Assembly: GCA_022562795.1 (NCBI GenBank)
Contig: JADFOP010000012.1
Location: forward strand, 1-48,479
Length of the DNA stretch: 48,479 nt
Source: Nitrospinota bacterium
GTDB lineage: Bacteria; JADFOP01
Direction: 5' to 3'
This document shows positions 37,235-46,573 of this stretch, one piece after another (position 1 is the first letter of the stretch; each line of letters starts with the position of its first letter). Below the pieces are notes generated by a model. The model saw nothing but the letters and a program-made list of their open reading frames with translations, did no database searches and was not told the origin of the DNA. The position numbers and the translations under genes were made by a program.

Positions 37235-38462
37235 GGTCCACACCTCCTGCGGCAACCGGCTCCAGTTGCTGGGCCTCCTTCATACTGGTCATGACATTGT
37301 TGAAAATGGGTCGGTCATCAATGGGCAAGGAAACCTTCCTGAAATTTATGACGTGGTCCCGAATCTGGCAGGCTACGCGGTCTAGGTCCCCTAGAGCGTT
37401 GAGAAGCTCATTATTTCCATTCGGCAGGAACTCCTTGCTCAACTCGGCGATGCGAGTGTGGACATTGACGCACTCTCCCATCAGGTTTAAGATCTGGTCG
37501 AGCTCCGCGGCCTCTAACCTAACGGAAGAGGCTGGCTGAGGCCGACGTTCCCTGGTCTGCTTCTCCAAGGCCTCAGATAGCTCATCGGGCGTTATCAAGC
37601 CCTCCCCGAGGAGAATCTGTCCCAGTTGCCTTTGTTGCCCGAGCGCCCGTTCCACCTCCATGATGGTGATCTTCCCATCATCCACTAAAATCTCGCCCAG
37701 GCGTCTTGAGCCTCTCATCTGCGCCTCAGCGTAAGTTCCCAGAGACCGCACGCCGATTGGGTGCCCGTTACACAGGGGCTTGAGTCCCCTCTCGAGGACC
37801 GCTGGGCCTTGATCGGAAGTAAACTCGAAAATCCAGGCCAAATGAAATTGCGACGGGTCAAGCTCCTCCAAGGTTGGGACCCGGGAGGTGTCGGTCACTA
37901 CGCCATCCACCTCCCCCAAGCGAGCCAGATCGAGGAAAACCTTTAAGGGCTCTACGCCCTCGTCCAAAATGGTGGGTTTAAACCTCAGCTCAACCTCGAA
38001 GGCCTCTGGGACGTTGAGAGATGAGGATTGTTGCCCCTGGAGAGCGGCTGATGCCGCCGTGCTGGTCGCCCTGGAGCTTAAAGCCCTTAGCGATGCAGCG
38101 ACTTCCTCCAGGCTCGTCGGCAAACTCTCGTCGGCAAGGTGCTCAGGGGAGCTAATGGGGAGTTTCAGCTCATCCACGGCTCTCAGGAGAATCGAGATTA
38201 GCTCCCTCTCCACCGCCAGCTCACCGGAGCGGACGCGGTTTAGGAGATCTTCAACAATCTGGGTGAATTGACGGATGACCTCCAAGCCCACGATGCCCGC
38301 TCCGCCCTTTATGGTATGAGCTGCCCTAAAGATTTTTTCCACCAGAGCGCTGTCGGTGGGGTCGATATGCAAAGCCAGCAGGTCGGCCTCCATTCCGGTC
38401 AACAACTCGGTGGCCTCTTCCACAAAAATCTGAACAAGGTCGTCTCTCTTGGAGTTGCTCAT
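37227..38462 (-). CDS. CheA-like protein: Hpt + P2-like + tandem MshEN + dimerisation domain, no kinase or CheW domain
   Basis: IFRAAHTIKG Hpt, RLGEILVDDG.I....V..AL..Q / QLGQILL..G.IT..EL..AL..Q, SVRL....LD.ILNLMGE. Ends without N/G1/F/G2 boxes. Confidence 0.8.
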   Translation of the reverse strand: MSNSKRDDLVQIFVEEATELLTGMEADLLALHIDPTDSALVEKIFRAAHTIKGGAGIVGLEVIRQFTQIVEDLLNRVRSGELAVERELISILLRAVDELKLPISSPEHLADESLPTSLEEVAASLRALSSRATSTAASAALQGQQSSSLNVPEAFEVELRFKPTILDEGVEPLKVFLDLARLGEVDGVVTDTSRVPTLEELDPSQFHLAWIFEFTSDQGPAVLERGLKPLCNGHPIGVRSLGTYAEAQMRGSRRLGEILVDDGKITIMEVERALGQQRQLGQILLGEGLITPDELSEALEKQTRERRPQPASSVRLEAAELDQILNLMGECVNVHTRIAELSKEFLPNGNNELLNALGDLDRVACQIRDHVINFRKVSLPIDDRPIFNNVMTSMKEAQQLEPVAAGGVDLD

Positions 38463-38740
38463 AGACCGAAATCCCTATCTAGCTTGGTCAAGGCCAAAAC
38501 GTTAGATACATAGGGGCTTGGGTCAACGATACGAATCTCCTGGCCCCGACCCAAGACCGACTTCTTTGCCGCCACGAGGACCTGAAGGGCTGCACCGTCC
38601 AAATCCGTAACCTCGGAGGCGTCCAGCATTACCACCTCGTCTCCGTTATTCAGGGCATTAAGAATACGCTCTTGCAAGTTTGCCGCGCCGGCCCCTGTCT
38701 CTTCCCTCTTTAGTCTTACAATCGCAGAGGTTTTGGACAT
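38459..38740 (-). CDS. STAS-domain protein (chemotaxis-associated anti-anti-sigma type)
   Basis: LDASEVTDLDGAALQVLVAAKKS, typical position upstream of cheA. Confidence 0.85.
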   Translation of the reverse strand: MSKTSAIVRLKREETGAGAANLQERILNALNNGDEVVMLDASEVTDLDGAALQVLVAAKKSVLGRGQEIRIVDPSPYVSNVLALTKLDRDFGL

Positions 38741-38762
38741 GGGTCTTCCTACCTTGTGGTAC

Positions 38763-38789
38763 TTATCGAATATGTGAGCGAAGGGTTAA
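38763..38789 (-). promoter_or_regulatory. sigma28 (FliA)-type promoter
   Basis: TTAA-15 nt-TTCGATAA versus consensus TAAA-N15-GCCGATAA, 22 nt before the STAS ATG. Confidence 0.6.
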
Positions 38790-38811
38790 AGGTCTCATTT
38801 TAGGGCCGATT

Positions 38812-39408
38812 TCATGAGGGAGCATGCTCCTGGAATTTTTGGCTTCGCAATTTCTGACAAGACGTCTGGAAGGCGTAGTGGATAATCCGCTCCCGGTCGG
38901 CCTCGCGGATATGGGTAAATCCGACAGCCACCTCCCAGTCGTTTGCTCTCCTGTCGATGCGAAGGATGCGACCTGCGCACTGTACGTTGGAAACCGAAGG
39001 CCCCGGAAGAATGAATTTAAGCTCCAACAGTGATGAGACCGAGGGAGCCTTGCCGCAGGAGAGCTTCAGGCCAGACCCACTTATGTCGATGAGCCTGGCT
39101 TTGAGACCGTTCCACTCCCCGCGGGGGGATGAGGCGAGGGTCTCTAGCACGAGGTCCAGCTTAAATAGGATCTCTCGGTAGATAGGCATGAGGCGCTCGG
39201 CCTCCCCAACAAAGGGGTCCGGATCCGAGGCGGGCCAAAAGTGGAAATCCGGAGACTGCGACACAGCGAAATCTGCCCGGCATCGGTTGCCCAATTGCTC
39301 GTGTTCCTCCTCGGTGATTAACCGATAAGAGAGAGGGAAGGAATCCTCGACCCTGAAATAATCTCGACGGTCGCGGGCTTCTCTGTCATTTGAGTTTTTC
39401 CCTTTAAT
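38812..39408 (-). CDS. PilZ-domain c-di-GMP receptor (ATT start codon or lost start)
   Basis: The frame extends upstream of the track start to include RRDYFRV (RxxxR), and DISGSG (DxSxxG) is present. The only codon at RBS distance from AAGGAG is ATT at 39408. Confidence 0.8.
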   Translation of the reverse strand: MKGKNSNDREARDRRDYFRVEDSFPLSYRLITEEEHEQLGNRCRADFAVSQSPDFHFWPASDPDPFVGEAERLMPIYREILFKLDLVLETLASSPRGEWNGLKARLIDISGSGLKLSCGKAPSVSSLLELKFILPGPSVSNVQCAGRILRIDRRANDWEVAVGFTHIREADRERIIHYAFQTSCQKLRSQKFQEHAPS

Positions 39409-39453
39409 GTCGCTTCTCCTTCACAAACTAGTGGTTTGCTGAATAAGAAGATA

Positions 39454-39469
39454 AGCAAAATGGATGCCG
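39454..39469 (-). promoter_or_regulatory. sigma54-type promoter
   Basis: CGGCAT-CCATT-TTGCT (GG-N10-GC) about 45 nt before the PilZ gene. Confidence 0.6.
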
Positions 39470-39581
39470 TTAGGGACTAGCGGGCTCAGGGTAGACTACA
39501 TACCCATTTTTCAATATATTGAGGCTCCAACCACAGGCTAGAGCCCTCTTAACTTATCGGCTCCTTGACGGAGTGCCAAAC

Positions 39582-41171
39582 CTATGACGCCAAGGCCCGG
39601 CGTATGTCCTTCTGGGGATTTTGCCTCACGACGCTTTCAAAGGCTTCAACTACTAGTGGGTCGAATTCCTTTCCGGCGTTGAAGCGAAGGTGGGCCATGA
39701 CCTCCTCCGGAGGGAATGCGGGCCTGTAGCTCCGATCCGACGTCATCGCCTCGTAGACATCCGCTACGGCCGTAATGCGAGCAAATAAGGAGGTCTCCTC
39801 TCCAGTTAGACCATCGGGGTAGCCGCTTCCATCTATTCGCTCGTGGTGGTGGCGGATGACGGTCATTTCCATGGGAAAGAGGTTTAAAGGTTCCAAGAGC
39901 TTCTCACCAATGATGGTGTGAGTCTTAATGACCTCGTATTCCTCGTGGCTGAGGGGGCCCTTCTTCTGTAAAATGTCATCGCGGATGGCCACTTTGCCTA
40001 GGTCGTGGAAATAACACGAGAAGTTGAGCGCGTCCACTTCCTCCTGGGAACAGCCCATCACCAGGGCTATGGAGGAAGCGAACAAGCAAACCCCCTTGGA
40101 ATGGTCTTTAATGTAAGGGTCTTTATACTCCACTAGGTCCACCATACTTCGAAAGCTATTGACCAGGTTTTCGTAAATCTTCTCGTACAAAAGAGCGTTT
40201 TCCAAGCAAAGGGAGGCCTCCTCGGACAGGGCCACATAAGGGCCCATCTCCATTGCAGTCATTGTCCGTGGCCGGTGGAAGTGGAACACGTGTAAGGCCC
40301 CAAAAACGTGGCCCTTTATCCGCATTGGAACGGTTGTCAAATCCTTGGTAGAAAGTGGCCTCTTATGTTCCACCAAAGACGTTAAGTGGGAATTGAGCAT
40401 CGCCCTCACCTTGGGCGGGATGTGGGTTTCTCCTTCGGTATTCTTGGTCCCAGGCGAGGCGTGAACCTGCGGGCCCATACCCGCGAACCCCTTCGCCTCC
40501 TTGATGGTCCATGCCCCCGATTCGGAGTTCAAGACCGAGACCACCACTTGGCCTGTCGGACTCATTTCAGAAGCCGCTGATGCCAGATAAGCGTACAGGT
40601 CGTCGCTGTCAGCGTTTGACCTGTAGGTCTCCCGCAAGGCCGCAAGGTCCGTAAGTCGGTAGCCAGTCGAGAGGTGTGTCTCGTAGCCCTCAGCCTGCTC
40701 CGATAGGGTCTCCAGCATTATATCCATCCCGTAATTGGAGACCCTCTTGAGAATAATCTTCTCCACCAGAGAGCCTACCTCGTCCAACTTTAAAGGCTTT
40801 GATAAAAAGTCGGACGCCCCCAATCGGAGGGCATCAACGGCATACTCCACCGAAGAGTGAGCGGTGACGATGACTACGGGCAGGCTCGGGGCGACCCGCT
40901 TTATCTCCGAGACGAGCTCTAGGCCGCTCATGCCGGGCATTTGGATGTCGACAAAAGCCAGGTCGAACCCGTGGGGCTCCATTAGCTCTAAGGCTTCATC
41001 TGCAGAGCCAGCCCCCAAAACTTCATAGCCCATCTTTCCCAGAAACCTTTTGAAAATACTGATGAACTCATGTTCATCATCCACCACCAGAATTCTTCCA
41101 ATAATGGGTGGTGGAGAAATTCCCCCATATTCGGAAATTCCCGGAAAATTGTCGTTTCCAGAACCCCTCAT
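39582..41171 (-). CDS. REC-GAF-HD-GYP response regulator (c-di-GMP phosphodiesterase)
   Basis: ILVVDDE/DIQMP receiver, KDPY...HS, FHDLGK, HHERIDGSGYP, VADVYEAMTSDR.YR. Confidence 0.92.
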   Translation of the reverse strand: MRGSGNDNFPGISEYGGISPPPIIGRILVVDDEHEFISIFKRFLGKMGYEVLGAGSADEALELMEPHGFDLAFVDIQMPGMSGLELVSEIKRVAPSLPVVIVTAHSSVEYAVDALRLGASDFLSKPLKLDEVGSLVEKIILKRVSNYGMDIMLETLSEQAEGYETHLSTGYRLTDLAALRETYRSNADSDDLYAYLASAASEMSPTGQVVVSVLNSESGAWTIKEAKGFAGMGPQVHASPGTKNTEGETHIPPKVRAMLNSHLTSLVEHKRPLSTKDLTTVPMRIKGHVFGALHVFHFHRPRTMTAMEMGPYVALSEEASLCLENALLYEKIYENLVNSFRSMVDLVEYKDPYIKDHSKGVCLFASSIALVMGCSQEEVDALNFSCYFHDLGKVAIRDDILQKKGPLSHEEYEVIKTHTIIGEKLLEPLNLFPMEMTVIRHHHERIDGSGYPDGLTGEETSLFARITAVADVYEAMTSDRSYRPAFPPEEVMAHLRFNAGKEFDPLVVEAFESVVRQNPQKDIRRALAS

Positions 41172-41386
41172 TGCCCTGCCCCATCATTGCCGCTTGTCAG
41201 CTCCTGGACAATTTGTCCAGCCACCGCCTTGGCAACAGCCCTTTTTCTCCCGTCCTCCGAGATGGTCACAACATCCGCTGGCAATTCCAAAGCCTTGGAT
41301 TTGTTCTTATTAGCGATTCCTACTGTGCTTAAGCGCTCGCTCCTAATTCGCAGCAAAGCCGCAACATTTTCTAAATGAGTAACCAT
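41168..41386 (-). CDS. Small flagellar-region protein (DVU0524/FlgM-associated-like)
   Basis: DVVTISEDGRKRAV...VA.QIV motif, coupled to the HD-GYP gene (ATGA). Confidence 0.5.
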   Translation of the reverse strand: MVTHLENVAALLRIRSERLSTVGIANKNKSKALELPADVVTISEDGRKRAVAKAVAGQIVQELTSGNDGAGQ

Positions 41387-41401
41387 CGATCAAACCTTTT
41401 T

Positions 41402-41905
41402 CTAACCATATAGAACCAGGCGGCGTTGATCCCAGTTCCCGGAACGAGATTCTTTCCTCCGGCCCACGCCGCCAAGTACGTTGGGCTTGGACTCTGCTCT
41501 GGCTGTTACGTCGAGCCCCGGTCTAAATCCCCCATATTCCTTGGCAGCCTGGTCCTGCTTGTTGAGAATCCCCATGTCCTCGAGGAGCTCCGCTTTGCGC
41601 CTGCTGGTAGCCTCTCGGAGCTCTTCAACAAGCTCCATTTGTCCCTTAAGCTCCTCGCAGCATCGGCGGATGGCCTCCCCGGTCTCGTCGTCAATGACGA
41701 GGAAAGCAGGTCGGCCGGTATCCTCATCCACAAAGACCTTTATTCGCGGCCTCCGCTGGACAGGTTCCACCCGCGATGGACCCGCCTCACTTCCCCCCCG
41801 TAAAGGACGAGCCTCTCCTGACCCAGACTTGGAGACCTTGGGCTCAGCAGGCTGCCTCTTCTCAACTGGGTCTTCCGGGTTATGAGCCAAGGCCTTAACG
41901 TCCAC
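41402..41905 (-). pseudogene. flaG: FlaG N-terminal part fused in frame to a FliT-like C-terminal remnant
   Basis: IKVFVDEDTGR....VID.ETGE.IR is FlaG, but the usual QIPPEE tail is replaced near 41663 by a helical segment ending L..L.K...A..EY. Confidence 0.6.
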
Positions 41906-42017
41906 TTTCCAAGCCTCCCTAATTGCTCCCTCCGATTATTGGCGCCCCGGGAGACCCCCCACCGGACCTCCCGAGGCCACCAAAATGGCCGGCCCATGGG
42001 ACCGACCCGAGTTACTT

Positions 42018-43139
42018 TTACTGCAGCAGTGCCAATGCCGACTGAGACGAGATATTGGCCTGCGCAAGGATGGAGACACCAGCCTGGACCAGGATCTGAT
42101 TCCTCGTGAACTCCGTGGTCTCCTCGGCGATGTCGGCATCCCTAATGGTGGACTCAACCGAAGCCACGTTCTCGACGCTACTTGCGAGGTTGGCCGCGGC
42201 GAAGTCCATCCGGTTCTTGAACGCGCCGATATTGCCCAACGTCGTGTTGACGGTGTCAATGGCGGCGTCAATCGTGGTGATGTAGCTGTTGGCGTTAGAT
42301 TTGCTGGTCACGTTGCCCGTGACGCTGAGGCCGGTCGTCGTCAGGTCGCCCAGCGAAAGGGAGATGTTCTGGTTGGCGAAGGCGGCGACCTGGAAGTCCT
42401 GAGCTGAGGCAACCCCAGTCACGATGGTGTTGGCCGCCATAGAGCCACCAAGATTGGTCGAGTCGTAAGCGGCGTTGATGGTGATGGACAGCCCCAGATC
42501 GGTGAAGTTGAGCTTTTTCGTCTCGCCTTCGGCATCGATGTCGCCGGCGTTAAACGACACCACCTGAGTGGTGTTGGCATCCTGAATGGTAACCGACGTT
42601 GCGGTGGCAGCGGAGAGGGTGAAGGTCGTGCTGGCCGCAGCGCCGGTGATTTCGATCGACTGAATGCCGACCGCGGCAGTGATGCTGGCCCCCTGGCTGG
42701 AGAGGCTCACGCCGAAGGAGCCGTCCACCAGACCCACTGCGTTGAATGTGGTGTCGTCGGCGATTCGGTCGATTTCGGACTCAAGCGCAGAGCGCTCGGA
42801 GTCCAGAGCCGTTCGTGCAGCGGAGTCGTTCTGGTCGGAGGCGGCCGACACCGCTAGCTCACGGAGCCGGACCAAGATATTGGAAATCTCGGTCGCGGCA
42901 CCCTCAGCAACTTGACCCAGGGACGCGCCCTGGGCCGTGTTGAGGCTCGCCACCCTCACCCCGCCCAGCTGAGCGCGCAGCTTGTTGACGATGGAGAGGC
43001 CCGCGGCATCGTCTGCAGCGCTATTAATGCGAAGACCGCTGGAAAGTCTCTTCAGAGACCCTTCCAATCCCCTGCTGGAGATGCCCAAGTTCCTCTGGGC
43101 GGCTAACGCCACCGCATTAGTGTTTACTCGTAGAGCCAT
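42018..43139 (-). CDS. fliC: Flagellin
   Basis: ALRVNTN..AL.AQRNL, RLSSGLRINSAADDAAGL, RLRELAV, GA..NR, S.IRDAD.AEE...FTRNQIL.QAG..ILAQAN. Confidence 0.97.
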   Translation of the reverse strand: MALRVNTNAVALAAQRNLGISSRGLEGSLKRLSSGLRINSAADDAAGLSIVNKLRAQLGGVRVASLNTAQGASLGQVAEGAATEISNILVRLRELAVSAASDQNDSAARTALDSERSALESEIDRIADDTTFNAVGLVDGSFGVSLSSQGASITAAVGIQSIEITGAAASTTFTLSAATATSVTIQDANTTQVVSFNAGDIDAEGETKKLNFTDLGLSITINAAYDSTNLGGSMAANTIVTGVASAQDFQVAAFANQNISLSLGDLTTTGLSVTGNVTSKSNANSYITTIDAAIDTVNTTLGNIGAFKNRMDFAAANLASSVENVASVESTIRDADIAEETTEFTRNQILVQAGVSILAQANISSQSALALLQ

Positions 43140-43300
43140 TTGCTTCTTCCTCTTTTGATTGTGTTACAGCGTTCGGGATTATCTCATTCCTCCTTACAGC
43201 CGGTTGCAACCGTGAGTAAGAGGATCTGAGCACCTCTCGGAGCCCGGAAGATCACCTACATATTAGCGGCGATGCCGTTCTACAAGGAACTCAACTCTTT

Positions 43301-43327
43301 ATATCGTTAAATGTACGAAGAGGTTTA
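43301..43327 (-). promoter_or_regulatory. sigma28 (FliA)-type promoter of fliC
   Basis: TAAA-15 nt-AACGATAT, about 160 nt upstream of the flagellin ATG. Confidence 0.7.
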
Positions 43328-44871
43328 ATTTATAATGCTAGAAACTAGATTGTCGCAGAGCTCGGCGAGGTGGCCTTGGCCCCGGTCCTGAAGCCCGGGG
43401 CCGAGGCTTAAGAATAGGGAGGATGGGTCCGACGGAGGGGGCTGGTCTTTTTGCTCGTTCGGGGCCAGCGCCCGCCAGAGCTAGTCGTCCAGCTCACGGG
43501 CTCGCCCCACTTCGCCCCTGCCGAAGGCAAAGGCGGCGGCCGCCAAGCGCGCGTCCAGGAGCTCGGGCTCAAGGGCCAGGGCTCGGAGAAAAAACCCCGC
43601 GGCCTCTCTCCACCGGCCCTGACTTATCAGGCCGTGGCCCATGTTTAGAAGGGATTCCATCATGTCGGGCCGCCGCTCAAGGGCAAGCCCGTAATTGCGC
43701 TCGGCCTCCTCCCACCTCCCCTGGCGGGCCATCAGAAGGCCAAAGTTGTTATACAGCTGGACCGAGTCGAGGCCTACAGCGGCGGCCGCACTGAAGCGTT
43801 CCTCGGCTAAGTCCAGGTCGCCCAGTCTGAGGGCGATGGTCCCCAGCTTAAGCCAATACGTAGGGTGGGTTGTCCCGTCACAGGCGAGAAATGCCTCCTC
43901 AGCTTCTTCCAGGAGGCCCTCCTTTAGTAGTAAACATCGCCAGCCATAGGCGGGCCTCCTGGTCGTCGGGGCGAAGCTCCAGGGCCCTTTCCAGACAACC
44001 GCTGGCCTCCCCCCATTGGCCGAGTCCCATGAGGGCGGCCCCAAGGTAGCGGTTGGCTTTATAAATGACCTCACCTGGGTCCACGGGAATCAAGCTTGGC
44101 TTGGGCGTGAAGGAGAAACTCGCGCGTCTCCGAGAGGGCTTTGGGATGGTCCAGAAGACGAGCGCACCACTGGGCAGAGGCTTCATCCTCTCCCAACCCA
44201 TCAAGGGTGCGGGCCAGCATATAGTGGGCAAATAGGTCGTCGGGGTCCTGAGCAATCTGCTCTTCAACAATCTTACGGTTTCTAAGGAGCTTGCCTCTTA
44301 AGGCCTCGGCGTCCTGGTAGCCTGTATGGATTATCTCGATGGGCAGATGAACAGCGGAAATCTTGAGCCGCTCGACGGCATAGGTCGCCTGTTCATGAAC
44401 CCTGCCCTCAAAACGAATCGTCGGATTGTTGGGGAAGGCGCGAAGCTGGTAGCTTTGGGTAATGGCGCCTCCGGGCTCAAGCATCCGGACGACGAGGTAG
44501 ACGGCCTTGCCCTCGTTGGCTAAGAGCTCGTTCCGCAATGTTTCGGCCACCCCTGGCTCCAGCCGGTCATCGGCGTCCACCCAAAGGATCATCCGGCCCC
44601 GGGCGTAGTTGAGCGACCAGTTCCTCGCCTCGGAGAAATCATCTTGCCAGGGGTGATGGTGGACCTCGGCCCCGTAGCGTCGGGCGACGTCCACGGTGCG
44701 GTCTGTAGAGCCCGTATCCACCACAACGATCTGGTCGGCGACGGGCCCGAAGTCCTCCAGGCAGCCCGGAAGATTTTCCTCTTCATCTCGAACGATCACG
44801 CAGAGGGAAAGAAGGGGCTTCTTCTTGGAGACTTCGGACCGCTTTTTGCGGCGCTTTCGGCCACCTGCCAT
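43325..44871 (-). pseudogene. GT2 + TPR flagellin glycosyltransferase, fragmented
   Basis: LSLCVIVRDEE, VVDTGSTD.T, W.DDFS.ARN, DAD, FEGRVHEQ, HTGY. TPR sequence continues through two frame changes (~44095, ~43935) and a TAG at 43481-43483. Confidence 0.8.
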
Positions 44872-44891
44872 TAAGGACCCCAAAGCCGCTA

Positions 44892-45476
44892 CTAGTTTGT
44901 GAAGGCGCTGGCCTCCAGGCTTGACTCGGCCGAATGGCCGTTCCGGAGGCGGAGGGCTTCAAGCCGAGCCATGGTGTCATTATCGTCCGGAGACTGAACG
45001 AGGTAGGCTTGGAATAAGGAGATGGCCAACTCAATTTCTCCAAGCTGCTCACTTATCAGGCCTAGATTCACCAAGGTGTCGGGATCGCCCGGGTCGAGCT
45101 CCAGCGCCCGAGAGAAGTAGTTGAAGGCTTCCTCGAATTCGCCCCGGTTCCAGGTTATAACGCCCAGACTGGCAAACCCTTTGGCAGACCGGGCGTCCAA
45201 ACGCACTAAGCGCTGGAAGGCCTCTTCACCCTCCTCCAAGCGGTTTGCCCGAAAGAGGCAAATACCCAGCCGGTAGAGGATTTCGAGGTCATTGGGCGAG
45301 GCAACAAGGGCGCTTTCCAGCTCTTCAATGGTTGGGTCGCTGTCGGTTATGATCGATTTCATACCCCGCATCTCCATGTAACGGTTCGTCCTCTTATCCA
45401 TGAGGGCCTGATTGTCTATGCCCCCGCCGATTAACGTCCGACTTTCAGAGTGAGGGCGGAGGAGCCGCTCGACCAT
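44892..45476 (-). CDS. TPR-repeat protein
   Basis: Three TPR motifs (LYRLG..L, FASLGVI.W..G, LVNLG.I....G). RBS GGGAGG before ATG 45476. Confidence 0.85.
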   Translation of the reverse strand: MVERLLRPHSESRTLIGGGIDNQALMDKRTNRYMEMRGMKSIITDSDPTIEELESALVASPNDLEILYRLGICLFRANRLEEGEEAFQRLVRLDARSAKGFASLGVITWNRGEFEEAFNYFSRALELDPGDPDTLVNLGLISEQLGEIELAISLFQAYLVQSPDDNDTMARLEALRLRNGHSAESSLEASAFTN

Positions 45477-45560
45477 CCGATTGTCCTCCCGTTGAGGGAG
45501 GCAGACTTCTCCCATCAAGGCCGATTCGGATAACTCCACCCCGCCACGGTTAGTGTAAAG

Positions 45561-45576
45561 GGCAAGATGCGTGCCC
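45561..45576 (-). promoter_or_regulatory. sigma54-type promoter
   Basis: GGGCAC-GCATC-TTGCC (GG-N10-GC) upstream of the TPR/GT2 genes. Confidence 0.6.
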
Positions 45577-45676
45577 TTCCTGATATTACCGTAACGTCAA
45601 TATTATCAAACTGATGCAATATTCAGAGGAAGGGCGGAGTGGGCAAATCATGGCCTGACTGGGTAAAAAGAGGTCT

Positions 45677-46564
45677 CTAGCTTAGGAAGGAGAGGAAGGA
45701 AATCCGGAGCACTTGCGCCGTTGCTGCCAAGGAGGTCTCGAACAAAGTCTGCTGGTTGGCCAGATTAGCAGCCACTTGGGCGAGGTCGGCACCGGAATTC
45801 TCCGCAAGCTGCTCCGTCAATTGGAGACGGGTATCCGCCAGGCGATTCCTGGCCACCTCCAGGCGATTGAGGCGAATGCCCGCCTGAGCCTGGAAAGAGA
45901 CGGTCTGGTCGATACCTTGGTCGAGCTGCTCTATGGCCAGGTTTATCCCGTTGGTGTCGTTATTGGAAAGGGCCGTCTGGAGGTCCGTTAGGGTCTGGAA
46001 TAGGTCCACGCCACCGCCGGTCCCATTGAAGACCTTGTCGCCTGTAAAGTTGATGTTCAGGGTATCGTTCGGGGGACCTATTCGTATTGCAATTGAGCCG
46101 CTGTCACCGCTGTAAGTTCCTGCGAGGTCGAAAGGCTCTGAACCCGTCTCGAAGCCCCCGAAGATAAAGCGATCACCCTGGCGAGTGTTGGCCTCCGACA
46201 GCAGTTGCCGTAAGAGGGAGCCGACCTCCTGGGAGGCGATGTCGCGGCTTACGCTGTCTGCCGTCGCGGTAACCTGCGTCAATGCCAAGTCCTTGGCCTG
46301 CGACAAAAGCTCGAAAACCTGACTCAGGGCCCTCTCGCTCTCTTGCAGAAAGGAAGTCCCCGACGTTACGCTCCTGTCGAATTGATCGAGCCTATCCAGC
46401 AGGCTGACGAGTTTCATCTCCCGTTCAGCCCCAATGGGGTTCTGGGAGGGCTTCGAAAAGCTCCGGCCCGAAGAGACCGCCTCTTGAGCCTCAAAGAGAT
46501 TCCGGTGGTTCTGCTGCATCTGCCTAATTGCAGAATCCACGATCATCTGGGTGGTGATGCGCAT
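45677..46564 (-). CDS. flgL: Flagellar hook-associated protein 3
   Basis: MRITTQM, Q..VSSG....KPS.NP, ANTR.GDRFIFGG.....PF, Y.GD, G.RLNRLE, SFLSFL. Confidence 0.93.
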   Translation of the reverse strand: MRITTQMIVDSAIRQMQQNHRNLFEAQEAVSSGRSFSKPSQNPIGAEREMKLVSLLDRLDQFDRSVTSGTSFLQESERALSQVFELLSQAKDLALTQVTATADSVSRDIASQEVGSLLRQLLSEANTRQGDRFIFGGFETGSEPFDLAGTYSGDSGSIAIRIGPPNDTLNINFTGDKVFNGTGGGVDLFQTLTDLQTALSNNDTNGINLAIEQLDQGIDQTVSFQAQAGIRLNRLEVARNRLADTRLQLTEQLAENSGADLAQVAANLANQQTLFETSLAATAQVLRISFLSFLS

Positions 46565-46573
46565 TTTCGTTCC

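Noticed and set aside
39554-39580. Second sigma28 promoter (perfect GCCGATAA) upstream of PilZ
   Set aside because: The -35 position reads TTTG rather than TAAA, so it is not supported well enough to list.
22823-43483. Amber recoding (pyrrolysine or TAG=Gln), because all four premature stops (hicA, fapA x2, GT2-TPR) are TAG
   Set aside because: Intact genes here end in TAG at expected positions (mscS, thiC, metG, pfkA, flgL), no pyl genes are visible, and CAG-to-TAG transitions are the ordinary route to nonsense.
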